DNA from: an uncultured Clostridium sp.
GTDB taxonomy: Bacteria; Bacillota; Clostridia; TANB77; CAG-508
Length of the DNA stretch: 64,000 bases
NCBI GenBank assembly: GCA_930980855.1
Contig: CAKNIZ010000006.1
Coordinates: forward strand, 2,189-66,188
Direction: 5' to 3'
The notes beneath the pieces were generated by a model, which had not been told where the DNA came from, searched no databases, and saw nothing but the letters and a program-made list of their open reading frames with translations. Position 1 is the first letter of the stretch, and every line of letters begins with the position of its first letter. Position numbers and translations under genes: made by a program. Positions 28,345 through 36,572 of this stretch are shown here, in pieces.

Positions 28345-29049
28345 TTATATTGCTCCATCCTTTTTTACAACTTTTGTTACAGTTTTCCACACCATTTTTA
28401 AATCATTTTTTATCGACATATTATTTACGTATTCTACATCCAAGTTCATTCTATCTTCAAAATCAAGTTTGTTTCTTCCTCTAACTTGCCATGGTCCAGT
28501 TATTCCTGGTTTTACTTTTATTATTGATGAGTAATATTCTCCCATATCTTTTTGTTCTCTTGGAAGGTATGGTCTTGGTCCAACCAAGCTCATATCTCCT
28601 TTTAAAACATTTATAAATTGAGGAAATTCATCTAAACTAGTTTTTCTTAAAAAGCAACCTACTTTTGTTATTCTAGGGTCATTTTTAAGTTTTTTATATT
28701 TTTTATATTCTTTTCTAGCAACTTCATTTTCTTCTAAATATTTTTTCAATGTTTCATCTGCATTCATGCACATCGATCTATATTTGTACATTCTAAATTG
28801 TTTTCCACTTTTTCCTATCCTAAGTTGCTCAAAGAACAATGGTCCTGTGTTTTCCTTTTTTATTATTCTAACAAACCATACTAATACAGTAATAGGAATT
28901 AACAAAATTGTTCCTACTAATCCTGCTAATATATCTATTGCTCTTTTAGTAATTCTAAAAGCAATATTTTCTTTTCGTTTTTTTACTATAATCGGTTTAA
29001 TTTCTTCTTCGTCTTCGTTTTTTAATAGTACAGCTTCGTTGTCAGACAT
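28345..29049 (-). CDS. undecaprenyl-phosphate sugar phosphotransferase (initiating bacterial sugar transferase, WbaP/CpsE-like)
   Basis: One TM helix plus the conserved C-terminal domain (DEFPQFINVLKGDMSLVGPRP). Confidence 0.9.
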   Translation of the reverse strand: MSDNEAVLLKNEDEEEIKPIIVKKRKENIAFRITKRAIDILAGLVGTILLIPITVLVWFVRIIKKENTGPLFFEQLRIGKSGKQFRMYKYRSMCMNADETLKKYLEENEVARKEYKKYKKLKNDPRITKVGCFLRKTSLDEFPQFINVLKGDMSLVGPRPYLPREQKDMGEYYSSIIKVKPGITGPWQVRGRNKLDFEDRMNLDVEYVNNMSIKNDLKMVWKTVTKVVKKDGAI

Positions 29050-29084
29050 AACTATTATCCCCCTTGCTTAATAGTTTTGTTATT

Positions 29085-30188
29085 TTATTGTATTCCTGTT
29101 TTGTTTATTATTTCGTCACTAATCTCTTGTACTGTTTCAGATGGTGTATAATCTGTTTGACCAAATAATTCTTCATGTAATGATTTTACATTTGCTTCTA
29201 AGTTAATTGGCACACCATAATATACTCCACCTATCATACTGCCTTTATTTTCTTTTGGCCAGCCATCACTTTCTTCTATTTTCATAGATAAAAGAGTTGG
29301 AGCTAACCCTATAATATCATTGCTACTCATATTCGTAGATATTTTTGGAAGCATTATATTAACAACATTTAGTAACTGACTCATGCTTAAAGTTTTAGCT
29401 TTATTAACCATTGCCTCGATTACTTCTCTCATTCTTTCGGCTCTTTTTAAGTCTCCTCCTGCTGTATAACGGATTCTCGAATAAGCTAGAGCTTGAACTC
29501 CATCTAAATTGTATGTTCCTGCTGTTGTAATGTGACTTGAATTATGTCCTGTTACTCTATTATTTTCATCTATATATTTATTGATGTATTTTATTTCTTC
29601 ACTATCAACAGCTATTTTAATTCCACCTAATGCATCTACAGCATCTACTACAGCGTCAAAGTTTACAGTTACATATTCTTGTATATTAAGATCTAAATTT
29701 GCATTTAAAGTACTTACTGCAAGTTCTGCTCCACCATATGAATAAGCATGTGTTACTTTATCTAAATTTCTTCCTGTTAATTTTAAATAAGTATCTCTAT
29801 ATACCGAAACTAGTTTTACTTCACTTGTTTTTTTATTTATAGATGCAATTATGATACAATCACTTCTATTGCCTCTTCCGTAATCATCTGCTCTTGAGTC
29901 TATTCCAAATAAAGCTATATTTCTATAGTCACTTAATTCATCTGCGACAGCATCATCTATACTAATTGCATTTATATCTATTTCCTCTTGGTTCATTTCA
30001 CCAAGTTTACTAGCTATAAATGTGTATCCTGCTGCTAGTATTGCAGCTATTATTACAACAATAATTATTAAGACTATTAAAAAGATTTTTAGTCCTTTTC
30101 TTTTCTTTTTAGGCTTATTCTCCTTATTATTTTTTGAATAATTCTTTTCTGGTTCTCTCATTCTTTTTGCGTTATTATGTGTACTCAT
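29085..30188 (-). CDS. LytR-CpsA-Psr (LCP) family glycopolymer transferase
   Basis: TM anchor plus LCP domain (NIALFGIDSR...RSDCIIIASI). Start set at ATG 30186-30188 after GAGGTG. Confidence 0.85.
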   Translation of the reverse strand: MSTHNNAKRMREPEKNYSKNNKENKPKKKRKGLKIFLIVLIIIVVIIAAILAAGYTFIASKLGEMNQEEIDINAISIDDAVADELSDYRNIALFGIDSRADDYGRGNRSDCIIIASINKKTSEVKLVSVYRDTYLKLTGRNLDKVTHAYSYGGAELAVSTLNANLDLNIQEYVTVNFDAVVDAVDALGGIKIAVDSEEIKYINKYIDENNRVTGHNSSHITTAGTYNLDGVQALAYSRIRYTAGGDLKRAERMREVIEAMVNKAKTLSMSQLLNVVNIMLPKISTNMSSNDIIGLAPTLLSMKIEESDGWPKENKGSMIGGVYYGVPINLEANVKSLHEELFGQTDYTPSETVQEISDEIINKTGIQ

Positions 30189-30361
30189 TATTTCACCTCT
30201 AATATATTTTATTTCTCGACACATTGTAACACTATATATTTGTTTTGTAAACATTTAATTTAAAGTTTTTTAGCTATTTTTTCCTACTAAAAATTAAAAG
30301 AACGCCTATTTTTTTTAGACGCTCTTTTTTAGTTGCAACTTTATTTTTTATTTTATATCTT

Positions 30362-30709
30362 TTATATATCATATTTTCTTGATTTAATAAATGCAAATGC
30401 ACCTACTGATATTGCTATTACAGCTATTCCTGCTACAATATAAACATCTGTCTCTCCTGTTTGTGGTAAGTCTTTTTCTGCATCATTGATTTCGTTCACT
30501 TTTAGAACATTTTCTTTTTCCTCAGCATTGTTTACAGGACGAGCAGTATTTGTGTTTGTGTTATTAGTGTTAGCAGTATTAACATTATTACCATTAGTAT
30601 TAGTTGGTCTTAAGTTAATTCCATTAGCATTTGCTCTTGTCATTGTAAAAAATAAAACTGCAAAGATCATAACTATTGAAATTGTTACATACTTCATTGA
30701 TTTTTTCAT
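30362..30709 (-). CDS. small LPXTG-anchored surface protein, N/T-rich
   Basis: Signal peptide, low-complexity NTNGNNVNTANTNNTNTNTA, then LPQTG, a hydrophobic stretch and an RK tail. Confidence 0.8.
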   Translation of the reverse strand: MKKSMKYVTISIVMIFAVLFFTMTRANANGINLRPTNTNGNNVNTANTNNTNTNTARPVNNAEEKENVLKVNEINDAEKDLPQTGETDVYIVAGIAVIAISVGAFAFIKSRKYDI

Positions 30710-30881
30710 AGTATTCTCCCTTTCTTCTTTAGACTCTAATTTTATTATTTGTTTTTTTCAACAAATTATAGCAAGAAAAATATAACATTTTTTCTACTAC
30801 TATCTATTTTATACTTCTTTTCGACATTCGTCAACATTTTTTAAAAATTTTATTAAATTTTTAGTTTTTTATGATTTTTAG

Positions 30882-30910
30882 TTGCTTTTTACTTTATTTC
30901 CATATATAAT
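30882..30910 (+). promoter_or_regulatory. sigma-A type promoter of the 28-aa ORF
   Basis: TTGCTT (30882-30887), 17-nt spacer, TATAAT (30905-30910). Confidence 0.65.
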
Positions 30911-30960
30911 ACTTCCAATCCTTCTCAAAAGGAATTTCTAGAGAAAGGAGGAAAATATTA

Positions 30961-31047
30961 ATGACATCTTATGATTTAATTTGGTTATTAATATTAGAAT
31001 TATTAAAAAATTCTAATGAAAATAATCAAACTCAAAATGAGGAATAG
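30961..31047 (+). CDS. 28-aa peptide MTSYDLIWLLILELLKNSNENNQTQNEE (candidate type I toxin-like or regulatory small protein)
   Basis: Strong RBS AAAGGAGG 8-9 nt upstream, its own promoter, and its own terminator. Below the length cutoff of the ORF track. Confidence 0.55.
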   Translation: MTSYDLIWLLILELLKNSNENNQTQNEE

Positions 31048-31066
31048 TGTTCGCAACCTATTTCGG

Positions 31067-31094
31067 GAGTGGTCTCGTCAACCACTCTTTTTTT
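31067..31094 (+). terminator. Rho-independent terminator of the 28-aa ORF
   Basis: GAGTGGT-ctcgtca-ACCACTC, followed by seven T. Confidence 0.85.
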
Positions 31095-31098
31095 ACTT

Positions 31099-31175
31099 AA
31101 AAAAAGATATGTGCCGTCTACACATATCCAAATATTAATTGACATCTTATAACTCAAAATGTTACTCGAGTTTAT
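31099..31175 (-). ncRNA. predicted ~75-nt small RNA, convergent with the 28-aa ORF, carrying a ~20-nt complement to its start-codon region
   Basis: Minus-strand promoter at 31182-31210. Minus-strand terminator GATATGTG-n7-CACATATC plus a U7 run (31099-31128). Segment 31130-31150 is a near-exact direct repeat of 30953-30972, so the minus-strand transcript is antisense to the mRNA start region. Confidence 0.5.
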
Positions 31176-31181
31176 AGATAT

Positions 31182-31210
31182 AGTATACTACAATATTTAT
31201 TATATGTCAA
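31182..31210 (-). promoter_or_regulatory. sigma-A type promoter of the predicted sRNA
   Basis: On the minus strand: TTGACA (31205-31210), 17-nt spacer, TATACT (31182-31187). Confidence 0.6.
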
Positions 31211-31229
31211 ACTTTTTTTATTATTCTTT

Positions 31230-32315
31230 TTACACATTAAACTTAAATTCCACTATATCCCCATTTTGCATAACATAGTCTTTTCCTTCTAGTCTAACTA
31301 ATCCCGCTTCTTTTGCTTTTTGGTAAGAACCCTCTTTTATTAAATCATCATATGAAACAATTTCTGCTTTTATGAATCCTCTTTCAAAATCAGTATGTAT
31401 CTTTCCAGCTGCTTGAGGAGCTTTAGTTCCTTTTTTAATAGTCCAAGCTCTAACTTCTTTTTTTCCAGCTGTTAAGAATGACATTAATCCTAATAAATCA
31501 TAACTCTTTTTTATTACTTTATCTAGTCCTGATTCATCAAGTCCCATAGCTTCTAGCATTTCTTGTTTTTCTTCACCTTCTAAGCTTGAAAGTTCTTCTT
31601 CTATTTTTACGCAAAGAGGAATTACTGCTGAATTTTCTTTTTCTGCATATTCTCTTACTTTTTTTACATATTCATTTTCTGTTCCAATTTCTGATTCTGA
31701 AATATTTGCAACATATAATATTTGTTTCATTGTAAGTAAAAAAGCATCTTTTATTATTTCTTTTTCTTCATCTGTAAGTTCTAGTATTCTTGCTGGCTTT
31801 CCTTGTTCTAATACTTCTCTTACTTTTTTAAATGTATCTTCTTCTTGTAAATATTTTTTGTCTCCTTTTGCAAGTTTAGCAGCTCTATCGATTCTTTTAT
31901 TGACAGTTTCCAAATCTGCTAATACTAGTTCTAAATTTATTGTTTCTATATCTCTTATTGGGTCTACACTTCCGTCTACATGAACTATATTGGAATCATC
32001 AAAGCATCTAACAACTTCAACAATTGAATCTGTTTCTCTTATATGTGATAAGAATTTATTTCCTAGTCCTTCTCCTTTACTAGCTCCTTTAACTAATCCT
32101 GCTATATCCACAAATTCAATTATTGCATGTGTTATCTTTTCTGCTACATACATTTTTCCAAGTACATCTAGTCTTTCGTCTGGAACTGGTACTACTCCAA
32201 CATTTGGTTCTATTGTACAAAAAGGATAATTAGCACATTCTGCTCCTGCATTTGTTATACTATTAAATAGTGTACTTTTTCCCACGTTTGGCAATCCTAC
32301 TATTCCTATTTTCAT
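31230..32315 (-). CDS. ychF: redox-regulated ATPase YchF
   Basis: MKIGIVGLPNVGKST G1 motif. Full-length YchF/OLA1 architecture with a C-terminal TGS-like domain. Confidence 0.95.
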   Translation of the reverse strand: MKIGIVGLPNVGKSTLFNSITNAGAECANYPFCTIEPNVGVVPVPDERLDVLGKMYVAEKITHAIIEFVDIAGLVKGASKGEGLGNKFLSHIRETDSIVEVVRCFDDSNIVHVDGSVDPIRDIETINLELVLADLETVNKRIDRAAKLAKGDKKYLQEEDTFKKVREVLEQGKPARILELTDEEKEIIKDAFLLTMKQILYVANISESEIGTENEYVKKVREYAEKENSAVIPLCVKIEEELSSLEGEEKQEMLEAMGLDESGLDKVIKKSYDLLGLMSFLTAGKKEVRAWTIKKGTKAPQAAGKIHTDFERGFIKAEIVSYDDLIKEGSYQKAKEAGLVRLEGKDYVMQNGDIVEFKFNV

Positions 32316-32347
32316 TTCTGCCTCCTAATTTTATTATCTAATTCTTA

Positions 32348-32432
32348 TTGTATATTTTAAATTTTACAGTTCCGCGCAGCTTGGAGAAACTTTAGTTTCG
32401 ACAGCAAGGAACAAAAAATTCAAAATATACAA
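32348..32432. repeat. hairpin element copy C
   Basis: TTGTATATTTTAAATTTTACAGTTCCGCG...CTTGGAGA...CGACAGCAAGGAACAAAAAATTCAAAATATACAA. The terminal arms are inverted repeats around a GC-rich core. Homologous to copy D in reverse orientation. Confidence 0.8.
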
Positions 32433-32461
32433 TTAAATTTTATAGCACATATGTTAATTCT

Positions 32462-34825
32462 TTACTCATCTTTACTAGCTTTTGCATATTTCTTTAGTGT
32501 TTGATATACCATTGCGTTTATTGTTCCTGGTATATCTTTTGTTCCTGCTGGTACTCCTGTTAATATTTCTATTCCTTCGTCTATATTAGAAACTGCGTAA
32601 ATATGGAATTTGCCATTTTTAACTGCATTTACTATTTCATCATCTAGGTTTAAATTTTGTATATTTTGTCTAGGAATTAAAACTCCTTGTTTTCCATTTA
32701 ATCCTTTTAGTTTACAAATTTCAAAGTATCCTTCTATTTTTTCATTTACCCCACCAATTGCTTGTATTTCACCTTTTTGGTTTACTGAACCTGTTACTGC
32801 TATTCCTTGATTTATTGGAACTCCTGAAAGATTTGATAGAAGTGCATATAACTCTGTACTTGACGCACTATCTCCATCTACTCCATTATATAACTGTTCA
32901 AAGCAGATACTAGCTGTAAGTGATAATGGCATATCTTTTGCAAATTTTTCTCCTAAGTATCCATTTAAAATTAATATACCTTTTGAGTGAGATGAGCCAG
33001 AAAGTTCAACTTCTCTTTCTATATCTATTATTCCTTTTTTACCTGTATAAGTATTTACTGTAATTCTTACAGGTTTTCCAAATGAATAATCTCCTATACT
33101 CATTACTGTAAGACCATTTATTTGCCCTACTTTTTCTCCATCTGTATCTATTAGTAGTGTTCCATCTTCTATCATTTGAGTATATTTATCATCATATTTT
33201 TTTAATCTATTTTTTCTTTCATCTAATGCTTTTTCTATATACTCTTTTGTAACTACTTTTGACTTATCTAATCTTGCCCATGTAGCTGCTTCTGCTATTA
33301 CTTGAGCTAGTTCTCCAAATCTTGTTGATATTTTATTTTGATTATTTGAAAGTCTAGTTGAATATTCTGCAAGTCTTGCCACAGCAAATTTATCTAAATG
33401 TGGAAGCTCATCGTCTTCACAATATCCATGAACAAATTTTGCTAAATCTTTTAAGTTTTGCTCATTTAAAGGTGCATCGTCTTCAAATTCTACCTTTATT
33501 TTAAATAGTTTTCTAAAATCGCTATCTACTGAAAGTAGAGTTTGATATACATTTTCATTTCCTATAATTATTACTTTTAAGTCTAATGGTATTGGTTCTG
33601 GTTTTAGTGATACCATTACCATTGATGTTTTTTGGTCAACAGAATTATCTATTCCTAATTCTTTATTTCTTAATACTTTTTTTAGATTATCATAAGCTGC
33701 TGGGTTTGTTAATAAATCATTTGCTTGGAATATTATATATCCACCATTTGCTTTATGAAGAAGTCCTGGTCTTATCATTGTATAGTCAGTTTTTAGTATT
33801 CCATAATGATTTTCATATTCTAGTCTACCAAAAATATTGCTAAAACTATAATTTGAGTCCATTATAACTGGAGCTCCTTCTGTTGCACTATTGTCTACAA
33901 ATAAATTTACTCTATAGTTATCCCAAGGATTTTGTTCTATTATTTTTGGTTGTCCTTCTGGAACTTTTTGTTCATCTTTAGTAAATTTATTTATATTTTT
34001 TAATATATCTTTTCTAACACCATCTAAAAATTTATTTATTTTTTTGTTTCTTTTGAATTTTGATTTTACAAATGATATATGTCCTTCTACAGAAAGTGAA
34101 GCTATACTTGATTGCCATTCTGATACTTTCTTTTCTGATTCTTGTTCTATTTCTTTTATTTTTCCTATTACTTGTATTATTTGCCTTTGAACTATTGTTG
34201 ATTTTTCTTCATATTCTTTTTTTATTTTATCATCTAATTTATCAAATTCTTCTTCTTTGATGATTTCTCCATTTACAATAGGCATCATATATATTCCATT
34301 GTCTGATGCTTTTACTTGGAAGCCATATTTTGATGATTGTACATTTAAATCTTCTAATAGCTTTGTCCTTTTTTCTTGATATTTTTGTATTATTATATTT
34401 TTTTCTTTCTCAAAATCATTGTTATTAAATGTACTTTTTATTTCTGTTTTTATATCTTTGATGAATCTTTCCATTGCATCAACAAATTCTTTTCCTTGTC
34501 CTGCTGGTAAGTTTAATGCTACTGGCTCATTTGGATTTTCGAAATTATATATATAGCACCAATCTTGTGGAGTTTTCTTATTTTTACTTATTTTATCTAA
34601 ATAATTTTTCGTATACATTGTTTTTCCTACTCCAGAAGGTCCTTCTAGATATAGGTTATATCCATTTACATCTACATTTAATCCAAATTTTAGTGAATCT
34701 ACTCCTCTTTCTTGTCCTATCCCAGCATAGTTTCTTTCTAATTCTTCTGTTGTTACAAATTCAAAAATATCTGGATTGCAGACATATTTTAATTTTTTAT
34801 ATGATACTTCCTTTGTATTTTTCAT
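32462..34825 (-). CDS. Lon-like ATP-dependent protease (LonC-type: AAA-like domain with helical insertion plus S16 protease domain)
   Basis: Walker A GPSGVGKT, a long K/E-rich helical insertion, and a C-terminal Lon protease domain (GDSASSTELYALLS...GGVNEKIEG). Start set at ATG 34823-34825 after AAAGGAA. The track start at 34861 is a TTG. Confidence 0.8.
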   Translation of the reverse strand: MKNTKEVSYKKLKYVCNPDIFEFVTTEELERNYAGIGQERGVDSLKFGLNVDVNGYNLYLEGPSGVGKTMYTKNYLDKISKNKKTPQDWCYIYNFENPNEPVALNLPAGQGKEFVDAMERFIKDIKTEIKSTFNNNDFEKEKNIIIQKYQEKRTKLLEDLNVQSSKYGFQVKASDNGIYMMPIVNGEIIKEEEFDKLDDKIKKEYEEKSTIVQRQIIQVIGKIKEIEQESEKKVSEWQSSIASLSVEGHISFVKSKFKRNKKINKFLDGVRKDILKNINKFTKDEQKVPEGQPKIIEQNPWDNYRVNLFVDNSATEGAPVIMDSNYSFSNIFGRLEYENHYGILKTDYTMIRPGLLHKANGGYIIFQANDLLTNPAAYDNLKKVLRNKELGIDNSVDQKTSMVMVSLKPEPIPLDLKVIIIGNENVYQTLLSVDSDFRKLFKIKVEFEDDAPLNEQNLKDLAKFVHGYCEDDELPHLDKFAVARLAEYSTRLSNNQNKISTRFGELAQVIAEAATWARLDKSKVVTKEYIEKALDERKNRLKKYDDKYTQMIEDGTLLIDTDGEKVGQINGLTVMSIGDYSFGKPVRITVNTYTGKKGIIDIEREVELSGSSHSKGILILNGYLGEKFAKDMPLSLTASICFEQLYNGVDGDSASSTELYALLSNLSGVPINQGIAVTGSVNQKGEIQAIGGVNEKIEGYFEICKLKGLNGKQGVLIPRQNIQNLNLDDEIVNAVKNGKFHIYAVSNIDEGIEILTGVPAGTKDIPGTINAMVYQTLKKYAKASKDE

Positions 34826-34864
34826 TTTTACAATTCCTTTCTTATGTTTTATTTTACTCAATTT

Positions 34865-36022
34865 TTAATTTTCTATGTAACAAGTCATTAGTATTGCATC
34901 TTGTCCATTGTAGTATTTACTTCTTTTTCCAACTTCTTCAAAACCAAAACTTTTATATAATTTTATTGCTTGAATGTTATTTTCATTTACTTCCAAATTT
35001 ATTTTTTCAATTTTGTTTTGATGCGCATATCTTATAATAAAACTAAAAAGATTAGATGCAAAACCTTCTTTTCTTTTATCGCATCTTGTGACAACATTCA
35101 TTATTTCCATTTCTTCAAATACTATTCTTATTCCAATAAATCCATATATTTCTTCATTTTGTTTTATTATGTAGTATTTTGAATCATTGTAATCTTCTGC
35201 TAAAACATTGAATTCCCATATATTTGGAAATTTGTCATAATTTAACTTGATTTTTTCTAAGTCTGTATAGCTCATTTCTAATATTGAGATATCGTCTGAC
35301 ATTCCTTCTTTTTGTCTTTGTGCTTGTGGTTTTCTCAAATACATTGGAAATAAATCTTCTGTGTTTTCTCTTATTCCCATATTGTATTTATTTAATGCAG
35401 CAATTGCTATGCCAATTGAAAGTGGTGGCAAATCTTGCAAATATTCATGGCTACATATATCATTACTATTTGCTTTTTCTTTTGCTATTTGTGCCAAGTA
35501 TAATTGCTCTATTTTTTCTATTTCTGCATCTCCCACAAAATATGTTGGTAATTTTAGATTGTCTACATATGTTATCATTTCAGAAATTGCCATTGCTTCC
35601 GGATTTTTATATGTTGAGAATTTGCCATTTTTCATTTTATAAATAGCAAAATAAACATTCTCATTTTTTGCATCGATTATTGAAACATATTCTCCATCAC
35701 CTTTTTGAATTACTCCACAATATGCAAGAGCCTCTAGTGAATTCACGCCTATTACTGGTATGTTTTTTGCGTCTGCAAATGCTTTTGCAGTTGCTATTCC
35801 TATTCTAATTCCAGTAAATGAGCCAGGTCCTTTTGCACATGCTATTAGATTTATATCATCTAATGTAATATTTAATGATTTTAATAGTTCATTAATCATT
35901 GGCATTAATGTTTCTGAATGTTCTTTTTGATTATTATTATGCATTTCTTTTAAGATTTTATTATCTTCTAAAACTGCAATTGAACATATACTAGATGATG
36001 TATCTATTGAAAGTATTTTCAT
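34865..36022 (-). CDS. tsaB: fusion protein: tRNA t6A biosynthesis protein TsaB (YeaZ) + RimI-type GNAT acetyltransferase
   Basis: N-terminal half MKILSIDTSS...GPGSFTGIRIG (TsaB). C-terminal ~150 aa is a GNAT fold. Start set at ATG 36020-36022. Confidence 0.8.
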   Translation of the reverse strand: MKILSIDTSSSICSIAVLEDNKILKEMHNNNQKEHSETLMPMINELLKSLNITLDDINLIACAKGPGSFTGIRIGIATAKAFADAKNIPVIGVNSLEALAYCGVIQKGDGEYVSIIDAKNENVYFAIYKMKNGKFSTYKNPEAMAISEMITYVDNLKLPTYFVGDAEIEKIEQLYLAQIAKEKANSNDICSHEYLQDLPPLSIGIAIAALNKYNMGIRENTEDLFPMYLRKPQAQRQKEGMSDDISILEMSYTDLEKIKLNYDKFPNIWEFNVLAEDYNDSKYYIIKQNEEIYGFIGIRIVFEEMEIMNVVTRCDKRKEGFASNLFSFIIRYAHQNKIEKINLEVNENNIQAIKLYKSFGFEEVGKRSKYYNGQDAILMTCYIEN

Positions 36023-36137
36023 TTTACTATTTCCTTTCATTTTTGCTGCTTTTATTCCCATATTAGTTATATACCACAAATAGACAAAAGTCAACATTTT
36101 GTGAGGATATAAGTACAAATCTCAATTTTTAAAGAGC

Positions 36138-36184
36138 AAAAAAGAATGCCCGCACCCGAACGATCAGCTCGTTCGAATGCAGGC
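36138..36184 (-). terminator. GC-rich Rho-independent terminator of the 86-aa ORF
   Basis: Minus strand reads GCCTGCATTCGAACGAGCTGATCGTTCGGGTGCGGGC then ATTCTTTTTTG. The inner perfect stem is CGAACGA/TCGTTCG. Confidence 0.8.
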
Positions 36185-36191
36185 AAACTCG

Positions 36192-36452
36192 TCATCGTTT
36201 TTCTCCATCTTTGAAAATCAAGATGATTTTCCGGTTTTCCTTCCTCATCTCGATTGCCACCTCTGGATAGTCTTCGATTTGACGAATCCGAAACTCCATC
36301 TCTGCAATGGAGATTTCATTGTCTAGAAACCGTCTGGCTTCTTCGACAATCTTCATCGCAATAGGGTCATACATGAGTCTTGGAGACGAAATCTCCACTT
36401 CCCACAATTCGGATTCTTTCATTGCTGTTGGTTGCTCACGGAATTTTTCCAT
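36192..36452 (-). CDS. 86-aa hypothetical protein, compositionally foreign (about 40+% GC against a high-20s% background)
   Basis: Strong RBS GGAGGG, its own promoter and terminator. Uses G/C-ending codons, including three in-frame CGG. No family recognised. Confidence 0.6.
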   Translation of the reverse strand: MEKFREQPTAMKESELWEVEISSPRLMYDPIAMKIVEEARRFLDNEISIAEMEFRIRQIEDYPEVAIEMRKENRKIILIFKDGEKR

Positions 36453-36487
36453 GATTAACCCTCCTTTTTCAATAGAGTAATATATCT

Positions 36488-36516
36488 ATTATAGCACACT
36501 TCTTTAATTTTTGCAA
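36488..36516 (-). promoter_or_regulatory. sigma-A promoter (extended -10) of the 86-aa ORF
   Basis: On the minus strand: TTGCAA (36511-36516), 17-nt spacer ending in TGC, TATAAT (36488-36493). Confidence 0.65.
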
Positions 36517-36572
36517 ATTTTCGGAAAGTTTATGACTCTTATGGATATTTTTAAGAACTTTAAGAAAGCTCC

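Noticed and set aside
31139-31167. Plus-strand TTGACA within the second copy of the 20-nt repeat as a promoter for a second small gene.
   Set aside because: The sequence at the correct -10 spacing is TTACTC, which is a poor match. No RBS or ORF follows. The minus-strand promoter and terminator pair explains the region better.
32462-34825. The Lon-like protease as BrxL of a BREX defence system.
   Set aside because: No pglZ, pglX, brxA, brxB or brxC genes or any other defence genes are adjacent. The neighbours are housekeeping genes (tsaB-rimI and ychF). The architecture fits stand-alone LonC-type proteases.
36023-36118. 32-aa N-terminal extension of the tsaB-rimI ORF.
   Set aside because: TsaB proteins start at MKILSIDTSS, and the extension has no homology-like features.
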